A stretch of 64,000 nt of DNA from Euprymna scolopes (taxonomy: Eukaryota). Below, one piece after another: positions 53,092-64,000 of the stretch. The notes beneath the pieces are model-generated. The model was not told the origin of the DNA. It searched no databases and saw nothing but the letters and a program-made list of their open reading frames with translations. The stretch is from the NCBI GenBank assembly GCA_053919585.1, contig CM132789.1. One strand, given 5' to 3'. Each line of letters opens with the position of its first letter. Position 1 is the stretch's first letter. Made by a program: the position numbers and the translations under genes.

Positions 53092-53394
53092 TAATATTAT
53101 GTTTTGTAAAATATAAAAATAAATGAGTTAAATCAGCCCTACGAACGAGAATAATGAAATTTGAAAGTTGCAGCTTTGTTGTCCTGTCAACCATAGAATT
53201 TAGTTTTCAATTTAATTTATTAAGTATGAGTTTATTAAAGCTTATAGACTACATAAATAATTCTTGCAATTTACATGAAAGGCAATATACATGAACTATT
53301 GATATTGAGTAAGTTTGGTGTATATATGTGATAAAAATTGAATTTGGAGTAAAATTATGACTTCTACACTACTTAAAAAAATTATGTTCTATTT

Positions 53395-53690
53395 AAGGAA
53401 CAATGTTAGGAATATCATGATATAAGAAAGAGAAAGAAGCAACCTTAGTAGAAGTTAGCGTCCCCAATGATGCTGTGTTAAACAGAGTTGATAGGGAAAA
53501 GATAACGAAACACCAAGGTCTAATGCACAGCATGAAAAGAAATTGGAATCTTAGGAAGATCTTTATCATTCCAGTAATTATAGGAGCAACTAGGCTCATG
53601 AAAAAGAATAAAAAAAAAACTACCTAGATAATATACCCGGTGAACCAAGTGCAAGAGAGATTCAAACAACTGCACGTAAAGGGACAGTCA
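53395..53690 (+). pseudogene. RLE-type non-LTR retrotransposon C-terminus (R4/Dong/NeSL-like restriction-like endonuclease); weaker copy about 51440-51600
   Basis: Plus frame reads KKEKEATLVEVSVPND..DREKITKHQGL....KRNWNL...IIPVIIGATR. This matches the RLE pattern LIDVxVP.D..EK..KY..L....W...PVVIGALG. Confidence 0.7.
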
Positions 53691-54909
53691 GAACAGTGGT
53701 ATAGCAACTATTTTTGCCACCTGGGGCAGTCGTAAGATTTGATAATCTGTTAACCTTCAAAATTCCAGAAAGTCTTCAAAATAAATATATACTTTTTTTT
53801 TTTTTTTTTTTTTTTCATGGAATTACAATCAACGATTTAAAATCCATGTAAAAACAGGATTACACACATAAAACAAAAACATATTACAACAACAAAAACT
53901 CATTTGGTATAAAACTTAAGAGTTTTTGTTAGCTTTTTATAATTTTTCCTCAAAATGCCGTCTGCCCCCCACCACGCTGCTACACCATTGGGTCAGAACC
54001 TTAAAAAGATCTCTCGGTGGGAATATATGAGACAGCAAATGGATGTTTGGCACCTGGTAGGATGCCCCATCCCTAGCCCGAACAAATTGGTAAGAAAATT
54101 GAAAAAAAAAAAACAAAAACAAAAAAAAAAAACATCCTTGCATAAAAGTAAAGTGCCATTATTTTACCATCTAATTTACATACAGATTTATGGAGTGTAC
54201 AGAACACTCTTTAAATTAGTGATTTGTTCAATTGATGCCAAATTATAACTCGTTAGAAAAAATTAAAATCGAAATTGTATCTAAAACATAGCTCAATCCC
54301 AAAACTGAATAATATTTTAGCATGCATTTTGTGTCATTGAAGTAGGTTGGAGAAAATGCCTATTGAAAACAAATGTTAATTAATTCAGCTCAAGTATATT
54401 AATACTCACATTACACATAAAATTTCAGAAAATAGGTTATAAATGCCGTTAACAAGCAATAAAATATATTTCATGTATAATGAACCTGAAGAATCTATTG
54501 TTATAGCAGACTAAATGTATCTCTTTGTTTTAATGAAGCCGAAAACAAAAAGATGAAATGAAACAATACTTAATTTTCCATAATTTGTATTTTTGATGCA
54601 CAAGAATAGAAACTAAAAACAGATATTGATTTAAAAACATTTGGAGAAAAGAAAAAAACAAAAAACAAAAAAAAAAAAACAGCAAAACTCTTAATGATTT
54701 TTAAGTTCGATTTCAAAAACAGCATCACATAACTATTACACCGAACGTTATTGTAACAACTTTTGTATTTTTACCCCCAAATTAATGGTTGGTCAGAGTT
54801 AATGGAAAAGATTTCATAATTAAAAGATGTTTTGATTCTAGCATCCTTATATAAGCCAAACTTTGGCAAGTTGAAGCATTGTTATTTTGGAATAATGAAT
54901 CGTTTTTCG

Positions 54910-55190
54910 TAATATTTGAATTCATCGGACTAAAGTTCTCATCTTGAGTGTCATTTTTACAACGTTTAGGTTGACATAACCTCTGATCTTCTTCAGATGT
55001 ATCTTGTTGAACTCTGAATTTGTACGAAATTTTAAACGGAACCCTTTACTTTACGGGAGTAGCATACTCTTGTTCCATAAGCCATGTCCAAATTCCTGAG
55101 TTTGACCGAAACATTTCGGTAGTTGCATCAACCAAAACGTTGCAAAAATGAAACGAGATGGGTGCAGTAGTTCGATGAATCCAAATAATA
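54910..55190. mobile_element. Degenerate Penelope-like inverted element (same family as 25025-25265)
   Basis: TTTGAATTCATCGGACTA..ACAACGTTT..TCTTCTTCAG is mirrored by AAAACGTTGCAAAAATGA..TAGTTCGATGAATCCAAA. Confidence 0.55.
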
Positions 55191-55470
55191 GGCATAACCA
55201 ATCCTCATCTCAAAAAATCAGAAATATAGAATCGTTATTAAAAAATTTTAGCTAATTATCTGAAGTTTGATGTTCATGACTGTCAAACAGTTATAGAATA
55301 TCAGATCTCAGCGGCATTCAACTTAAACGCGTTGAACCGACTTTCTCTAAAGGAAAAAGTGTCTAGGGAATTTCAAATTCACAAACAGTCCTCAGTCGCA
55401 GTCCTGGTCAAGGAGATGACAACATTAAGATTTTGCAGTTCTTGCAGAGAGGTGTCAACATCCTTCTATA

Positions 55471-55583
55471 TACACTGTCAAGTATTCCAGAAAATGATCA
55501 CCTACCTCGTACTGACCATGCTTAACGTTGCTTAACTTTGCTTATTTGACAAGAAATGGCGTGTCAGCGTGATAACCCTATGC
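55471..55583 (-). pseudogene. Second 5S rRNA-derived copy
   Basis: AGTATTCC..TGATCACC..GTACTGACCA..TTGCTTAACTT..GACAAGA..GCGTGTCAGCGTGATA follows the reverse complement of 5S. Confidence 0.6.
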
Positions 55584-56519
55584 ATAAGATGATAATGGCG
55601 AAACTTGTGGCATTCTGAATTCTTTCTTTAGGAGTTTGAATCTTAGAGTTACATCAATTTTATAGAAATGTAGAATATTGAATACGGATGAGAACACACT
55701 AGCATTGTCCAGGAATGAATAAAGACCCTTGGGTACCCATCTCTAAACTCCATATTACCATTGTCATTTACATTTGATAATTTTCAAGTTTTTAATAAAA
55801 TAAAAATAAAAGGTCATCTTTATTGTTTATAGATGTGTGCCCTCACACAGACTGCTGGAAAGATCTGCATGAAAATATGTTCAAACATGCACATACATTC
55901 TATTAAATGCTTTGATAAGTATAAATTATTTTGAATAAAGTTATATTCAGATAATATTAAGGCCCTTAATACGTTAGAAAATATCTCTTAGTGGTTTGGG
56001 AGATATGGGTTGGATCTCCATCCCTTCTTTTTCTTTAGATAGATTTTATTTGCAATAAACATGTTTAGATTTTATTCAACTTAGAACAACTGAGGCATAT
56101 TTAAAAACAATCTTACTTCATGAAGTAAGTTAATTAATCTAGTTAAAAAAACAAAACACAAAATTAAAAACCTCCAAAACAAGTTTTTCTTAACTCTCAA
56201 ATTCTAAAATTTAAATTACAGAAAAATATTTTGTACAAAATAAATTTATAAAGGTTTATGTGCCACTAAACAATATCTTCTTTGTTATATTAAAATGCTA
56301 AATATGATTTGTAAAACTCTGTATCATGTTAACTAGTGCAATTTTTATGAAAGAATATCTTGTTCTGGAGATTCGGACATCATAAGTCAAGTACAAGCAG
56401 GCAAAAATATATGAAGGCATGTAGAAATGACCAGAAAACATGTAGAGTCGCAGAGGGTAGAAACTTGTGATTTTTTAGAAAATCTATAATAGCATAGTAA
56501 ATATAATCAATCAGTAATT

Positions 56520-58175
56520 CTTCCACTATCCAACAAACAGGTGGTCACATGCGCGGCGACTGAGAAGGCTGAACTACTTGCCTGATGATTCGCCTCCAAC
56601 TCCACTGTAGATCCAACAAACAACTTCATCCCAAATTCCCCTATGTGGACTGAAGCCAAACTTTAAGATTTGTAAAATCACCCTTTCTCATGTCTGTGAT
56701 ATCATAAAAAAAACTTGGACACCTCCAAGGCATGTGTGCCTAATCTCATCCCTGCTATATTAAGAAATGCTCAGCTGAGCTAGCCCTCATACTTTCCAAA
56801 CTCTACAACAAATGCCTTGCTGCATCTTGCTTTCCTAATAGTTGGAAAAAAAGCCTCTGTTTTACCAGTGTACAAGAATTCTGGTAAAAGAACTATCTCA
56901 ATTCTCGCCCTATCGGTCCCCCCCCCTACACTAAAATCTTTGGGTCATTAATCAATCAAGCACTAGTCCACCACCTCGAAAAAGCTAATCTCTTGGACCT
57001 ACACTATGAATTTAAACAATACCGGTCTACTGTAGATATTTTAACAGTCATCTCTGGCCACATATACTGTGTACTGAATAAGGTGATGTAAGCTAGGGCT
57101 GTATCCTTTGATATAACCAAAGCCTTTGGCATGAAGGGCTCATGATGAAAATTAAATTATATGTTATTACTGGACAAATACTGAATATTAGATTCTTCTT
57201 AGACAACAGAAAAATCTAAATTGACCTTGATGGACGTGCATCTAAACAGCATAATTTTAATCCTCGGGAGTCAATCCTTGGACTTGTTATTCCTGATATT
57301 CATAAACGAACCCTCGATGACATTGCGTCTGAGATAAGTATATTTGCCAATGATACAACGCTCTATAATAGGCATGAGGGGTACATATCTAAGGCAATGG
57401 CAAAATCCTTAAAAAATAACCTCCACTTTGTTGTGGATGACAGCAGTAAAAGGGATGGTAAGACTTACTGCTACTAAGACTAAACTTCTTTCCTTTAACT
57501 TTTAGAAGCCGCCTCCTCAACCACCGATAGCCATGACTAATAAAACCCTACCTAAGAGCTCTTCTTTCAAACTCTTCAGCTTAACATTCACAAGTAACAT
57601 AAAATGGAACAAGTACATTGAGGACATTGCAAAGGCTGCTGCAAGAAAGATGGGTTCTCTTTATTGTGCTAGATTACTCACACCTGAACCTGAGAGTATC
57701 CCGTACCTCTACATTTACCTATGGAGTATTATGACCATATCTTGGCTGGTACATCTACGACTTGTCTCTCGCTCTTAAACACATTCTAATGAAGAGTCTC
57801 CAATCTAATAGTTCCCATACTGTCAACTAACCTCCAACCTCTGTTGCATCCCTATGCCTGTTTTATAAATATTTATATGAAATGTGCTCTGATGAACTCA
57901 TTACATTTGTATATACCTCTAAGAAACCTGACAACAAAATTACACCCCTTCACTGTAGAAGTCCCTAGATGCCAGAAAGCTTCTTCTCTTGCACTACTAG
58001 AATTTAAAATTCCCTCTCTGTTACCTACTTCCCTGACTGTACTGACATAAAATTTTAAATGTAATGTAAACAAACAGTCATCTCTCTTTTATTCTTTAAA
58101 CATAATCCAAAATAGTAGTCCTTTACGTCCAAATGGCAATATGCCTTGTTTGGGGCAAAGATGAGTTCAAAAAAA
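56520..58175 (+). pseudogene. Decayed CR1-clade LINE ORF2 (RT) with 3' end (CR1-b)
   Basis: Translations include EKAELLA..FASNSTVD, LDTSKA, ILSKLYNKCLAASCFPNSWK, SIFANDTTLY (FADD-derived) and WNKYIEDIAKAAARKMGSLY. An A-rich tail follows. Confidence 0.85.
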
Positions 58176-59020
58176 TTTTTAAATCTAACTTTCCAAATCG
58201 ATTATTGCTTAAAGTATCAAATTTATTGGCAACTTTTACTAATTGATTTGGCGATTTGCTATAATTATTTTGCTTTTTCTGTTTGAACGATTTTATACAT
58301 CAGCTACTTTTTTCAAATTAAAAACAATTAAAAATTAAGAGTTGAATCTGTTTTTATGTTAAAATAAAAATCTTTAGTATGATTTTCTAGTTTATATAAA
58401 ATTCAATGTTTGTGCGATGACCATAAACAGAAAGGTTAGAAAATCTACATTAAATAGTAATCATTTTTGAGTGAGATGTGTCATTTTGTTTAAAAATAGT
58501 TTTAAATGAGGTGTGGTAACAAGAATGTAAGTAAAAACACTCCTAAGCAATGCTGTGTCGGTACAGTTAGTTGTATTTATAAATATGTAGTTTTATATAT
58601 AATACTGGGGGGGGGGTATAAAGTACACTTAAATATGATAGTTTAATTTGTCCAAATTTCGAATATGTTATAGTCGTGATTTCAAAAGTAAAAAAAAAAA
58701 AAAAATATTTGAGTGCCATCAGTTAGAATTGAAAGAAAAACTGTAGCATTCAAAAATGGTGACGTTACCACTGTACCAACGTTACACACATATGAAAATT
58801 AAAAATAAACTAAGATGAATGTAGAAAACGTATAACGATTCTTTTAATTTTTACCCATTTTTGACTCCTTAAAAACTATTTTAACTGGCTAAAGAACGGT
58901 CTAAAAAAAATCTAATCATTTGAGGCCCCTAGCGCTGCTCTGCGACTTTTGGCTTCGAAGGAGATAATTTAGAAAATATGAAGACACAGACATATAGCCT
59001 TTTATATATTAGATATAATT

Positions 59021-59077
<57 letters not shown>

Positions 59078-59414
59078 ATTTTTTTATTGCCGTTTTATCT
59101 GTTTGGCTACATATGTTTCCGATGTTGGACCATGTTTATGATCCGACAATTTCGCAGAAGTGGGACCAAACATAAAACGGTAATAAAAAAAAAACAAAAA
59201 AACACATTTGCTCTGCAATAGTATTGAGCACTCTCTTCAAGTTTTTACTGATTACCAGTTTTACCAAATATATATATATAAAGTAAAACCAACAGTCCTA
59301 CATTTTTACTGGTTTTATCATTAAATTAATGTCATCAGTACCCAATGGTGTAAAGTTTAAGGGTAGTTCTTATAATGAAATCAAATTATTTACTTTAAAA
59401 TTATGTCGTTCAAT

Positions 59415-59580
59415 TATTCAACCGTTTCTCATCTTGCTTTTTATAGTCGCATTTTGATTGATGTAGTCTCGACCTTCTTCAGGTGCGTCTTTTTGAATTT
59501 GTAAATATGGACGGAATTTCAAACTGAACCCTTTTATTTAATCCACAATTATAGATTGTTCTCATTCTGTCAGACATTAG
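59415..59580 (-). mobile_element. Single-arm Penelope-like remnant with a degenerate hammerhead
   Basis: Minus strand reads CACCTGAAGAAGGTCGAGACTACATCAATC. Adjacent GACGGAATTTCAAA is shared with 25105-25135. Confidence 0.5.
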
Positions 59581-59880
59581 TTATTACCTGTAGTAACTTT
59601 CAGTCTACAGAAGACAATCACAGAGAACTGACTTTTATCTACGCCTATTCATTTCGATTTATAGTTAAAATTTTTTTTAAGTTTGTACATTGCGTATGCA
59701 TACTTTTAACATAATAATGTACATTTTTTTAAATAAATTTAATTGAAATTTCTTCACTGTGGCCTTCTGTCATATCAAGCGTCAACTGCTTTAGTGTAAA
59801 AGTTAACTTTTTTTTTTGTAACTTGTGTTTTATTAGGTTTGTTTTTCCCTCTCTCCATCTCCTCTCTCTCTCTCTATCTA

Positions 59881-59919
<39 letters not shown>

Positions 59920-59936
59920 ATGTATGTATGTATATA

Positions 59937-60611
59937 CTAGCAGCCCACCCAGCATTGCTCGGTTGTAAAATACACTTAAATATGATATTTTGGTTAATGC
60001 AGATTTCGTATTTATATTGTATACTAGCATTTCAGCCTGGCGTTGCCCGGGTGTTTGGAGGTGTATGTTGAGGAAAAAAAAGAAGTGGTAGTAGGAAGGC
60101 AGGCTCGAACCCGTATCGCAAAGGAGGAAAAAAACATGCCGTCTTTGCTGTTACGACCACCGCCAAATTGGAAGTGACGTAGGTTTAAATTAAGGTTAGA
60201 TAATTGAAAGGAGAGGATGACTTTAAAAAATATCAGCGAAAAAAGCGACCCACCCTGTAGAAAAGTGGCAAGTTGAAGGTGAAGATATTAATGATTTTAG
60301 CCAATTTTTCGATATTTGTCGTCTGAAAGGTCAAACTTCAAAATGATACTGATCTTGTAAAAATCCGTCGCCTCTGTCGAAAGTTTTAGGCAGACATGCA
60401 AACATACATACATTTATATATTGGTAACTAAAATTTTCGACTCAAACCGATTAAAAAGCTTGCCCTATCTCTGAATACCCTTTATGTAAAATTTCAAATG
60501 TTTAGACCAGAAATTGTCTGAGTAATTTGGTAGAGACCGCAGAGGTCAAATTTGTTTGGTAGGCAAAATTTTTTAAACAAATATATATACGCATACATAA
60601 ATATATATAGA
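59937..60611 (-). mobile_element. Nested Helitrons: H2 copy (60024-about 60420) inside an H1-related element
   Basis: Two A|CTAG ends with hairpins (59937 and 60024). Segment 60430-60560 matches the H1 repeat unit. Confidence 0.65.
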
Positions 60612-60919
60612 AAGAGGTGTGTGTTTATTTTACGCTTTTTACACAAGTATAAATCCTGTAGAATATCTGCATGAATGTAATTACATGTAATAGTTAACTA
60701 AAGGTGATCATCCTATAAGAAAACTGAAAAAAAAGAACTAACAGGTAATTAATTAAAATGAACGTTTAAAAGAATATGCAAGTTGGCTAGATCTTTTGCA
60801 AGTGAATGTAATTCCACGATCCATATATAACAAAGTTGTATTTTCTTTTTAAATAAATAGAAAAAAGTATTTTTACTATGAATATCAATACACAAAAGTC
60901 CAAATTTATAGGAGTGTGT

Positions 60920-60985
<66 letters not shown>

Positions 60986-62461
60986 TTAAGTATCATGGAA
61001 ATAGTATTCCAGCTAGATAGAAAAAGAAGGAACAACCCAAGTCACACGTCCAATAACGTTTCGTCTTTATTGTATATATTCTCTATATTTTGAGAATGTA
61101 TGAATCTGCTTTCCAATCAATCCATGGACAAGATTACAGGTAAAATTAGTATTAGCAAATTAAAAATAAAATACTTCAATTTATATTTGAATTAAAATTT
61201 CATGGCTGTACAAAATTGATCAGAATATAATAGGATATAAAAATAAACAAGCAAACCCAAGCATCTTTCATTTTTTTTTTTTTTTTTTTTTAATATAATT
61301 ATTTTAAAACTCATTTAAAACTTTTTAAGGTGTTTGAAAATGATTTCCACAATATCAATGGTAGCAATATTGAGTGGAAGGTGGAGTTTGTTTTTGTACT
61401 TGAAAGTAAACTGAAAATACCCCCCCCCCATTTTTTTCAAAAAGTAGTTTTCATTTGCAGCATATTGTTACAATAAAACGTTTGTCATTTGATTGTTTCA
61501 GTTTTTTGTTTGCTAGTTTAAATAAAAAATAAGAAAATAAAAAAAAAATGAGAAAAAATATAAAATAATTCATAATAAAAAAAAAAATAAATAAATAAAA
61601 TGGTGGTTGGACTGACTGACTCTTTTTGACCCTACATCTTGCCAGCCATAAACAAAAGCAGCTCTTTATCTTGATTAACTAACATCTGAGTCGACCATGT
61701 CTGCATTTATACAATATACATATATCTTTCATCGTCCACTCCCTTATGACCTGTGAAAATATTTTTTTTTCCAGTTCAATTTTTAGATGGGGGTTAGGAA
61801 GAACAGAATTATTTTTTTCTTTTACCCTCCTCCTCTCTTTTTCTGTTTTGAGAGTAGCAATTAAATCGAGGAATTAATGCTGTCCTTGTTGGTTTCGATT
61901 GATTTTTCTGTGTTTCTGCACCGAATGGCCCTAGCTGTGTGTGCAACCAATGAGAAGTTGCTGAGTAAGTCTTGTCTGATATGGAAGTTTTACACGAATT
62001 GCACTCGGGCAGGGTTAATCGGTGCATATTAATTAGCAATAGCAGTAGCATCAGGCAGTAATAGTTGTCATCAATAATAATAACAGTTGAAACCGTGAGG
62101 GAGACACACGCAAAAACCTGGGTCAAGTGTAATTTCTATGAAAAATCGATATTTCAGAGGTTGTCAAGTGCATTTTGGCTCCTCCCACTCACACACTTCC
62201 TTTTATCATCTTCCCTTTCTAATTTGATTCACTCTTTTCTTCATCTCCTCCCATTTAAGCCTTCTTCAAATTTCATTCTCTCTTTTTCATGTCTATACAT
62301 ATTGAAGGTTTCTCTTATTCGTGTTTTCTTACTCCATTGTATTCGTCATTTTTTATTTCTTTTTTCTTTTCTTGTTCTATTTATTTTCTCTTTGGTATGA
62401 TTTCATCAACTCTGTTACCTACTTTTTTCTATCTTTGCTCTCCTTTTTCCTGTTCTTTGAT

Positions 62462-62790
62462 TTGCTCTCCTTTTTTTACCTTGCTCTCCATTTTTTTTTT
62501 TTACCTTGCTCTCCATTTTTTTTTTTTTACCTTGCTCTCCATATTTTTTTTTTACCTTGCTCTCCATATTTTTTTTTTACCTTGCTCTCCATTTTTTTTT
62601 TTTACCTTGCTCTCCATTTTTGTTTTTTTACCTTGCGCTCCATTTTTTTTACCTTGCTCTCCATTTTTTTTTTTTTACCTTGCTCTCTGCTTTTCTTCTC
62701 CCTTGCTCTGTTTTTGCTCTCCCCTTTTTCCTCTCCCCTTTTTTCCTCTCCCCTTTTTTATCCCCTTTTGCTCTCCCCCATCCTTTACTC
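62462..62790. repeat. Pyrimidine-rich minisatellite (ACCTTGCTCTCCA plus Tn); partial duplicate at 63835-63931
   Basis: About nine tandem units separated by variable T runs. Confidence 0.9.
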
Positions 62791-64000
62791 TCCTTTTTTT
62801 TGTGCGTTTACTTTATTTGACCCCCACCATTACTATTCAATTCATTCTTTCTTATCTCTCTTCGATATCAATATATGTATTTCCTGCTTATTTTAATTTC
62901 AAAATCTGCTAATTCTATAAATTGAATTTTAAAAGATGTAAATAACAATTAGGAGGTCTATATCACTATTTCAATAAAGTCACAATATATGAACATTCTA
63001 AAATCTGTTGACATGGCAACATTGAATTTCTTTCCATCAATGTGATCATCCTTTCTCATTCGTTCTTCATGTATTATCTCTATCATATTTTTTGCGTGTT
63101 TGCTTCCACTGCTTTTTCTTTTTCATTTCCAAATTTGTTGTGATCTGGAAATGTTTCCGAGTAATAAGATTCAGGACAGGAGGAGGGGGAATTGGTAGGG
63201 TAGGAGACAAAAAAGAAAGAAATGCACCAGTTCACCTTTCCAGAAACTGCTGCCATTGGAGGTTTTGGAGCCTCTAAGAGTAAATCCAGTTCCATATGAG
63301 ATTTAATGAAGTGGTTAATGTTGGAGCATGAATGGAGAAGAAACTTAAAAGCAGAGAATTCTAAGTGCGTGTATGTGTGCGTGTGTGCGCTCGCGTGTAG
63401 TGTGTATGTGTGTGCGCGCGTATGTGTATATGTGATAACTTATCAGATTAAAGGATAATCTCTGATCTTTACAGAGAGATATACGAAAGAACAACACGCA
63501 TAATCTAGCTATTGACTTGTTAATTTTCATCGCTGTGATACTAGAATCTTATTTCAAATGGCACATTTTTTTCTTAACACAAAAGCTTTGTTGTCAACCC
63601 CTCCGTAAATATGATTACACCTTAAAGATAGTTTTGTTTTTAACCCACATTTTGAATCATAAATTTTGGAACCGTTAGTGATACACAGGCTAAAATTGGC
63701 AGGCTAAGTTCACTTCCTGTCAGATCAGATTTACTAATACCATCTATAAAGGCATGAACCCGCACTTTCATCTAGTTCAAAGTAGCAGATAAATTTATCT
63801 ATGAATTATCTATTCTAGGAATTGTACTTTCAAATTTACCTTGCTCTCTGCTTTTCTTCTCCCTTGCTCTGTTTTTCCTCTCCCCTTTTTCCTCTCCCCT
63901 TTTTGCTCTCCCCTTTTTTCATCTCCCCTTTGATATAATGATATAATGGATACCAATACAGACTATGAAATCAGCCAAATCAAATTCAGTCAGATCTATC

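Noticed and set aside
62462-62700. Repeat-spacer pattern resembling a CRISPR array
   Set aside because: The spacers are only T runs, the context is eukaryotic, and there are no cas genes.
62289-62912. Longest ORFs in the window (207, 191 and 104 aa; F/L/S/P-rich)
   Set aside because: They result from the stop-free pyrimidine minisatellite, which is open in all three frames.
63083-63295. 70-aa minus-strand ORF (MELDLLLEAPKPP...)
   Set aside because: It has no recognisable domain. A nearby YRPPN hints at a decayed LINE endonuclease, but the evidence is too weak to call.

Overview
This is AT-rich eukaryotic DNA, probably from an invertebrate animal, with two assembly gaps, many poly(A)/poly(T) runs and (TA)n/(CA)n microsatellites. 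I could not identify any intact protein-coding gene. The supplied ORFs come from microsatellites, low-complexity sequence or decayed transposons. The window holds many decayed mobile elements: Tx1/L1-, CR1-, RTE- and RLE-type LINEs, non-autonomous Helitrons, a DINE-1/HINE-like element, Tc1/mariner MITEs, long fold-back MITEs with 8-bp TSDs, and two 5S-rRNA-derived copies. The most striking signal is a set of hammerhead-ribozyme (HHR) motifs that often occur as inverted, outward-pointing pairs. The clearest case is a near-perfect 121-bp palindrome at 23005-23125. It carries a complete type I HHR on the minus strand and a one-base core variant on the plus strand. A CpG-richer central domain (about 21.3-45.3 kb) contains non-repetitive islands with regulatory-like motifs (ARE/AP-1, RFX X-box). 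All calls come from manual reading; no database searches were run.
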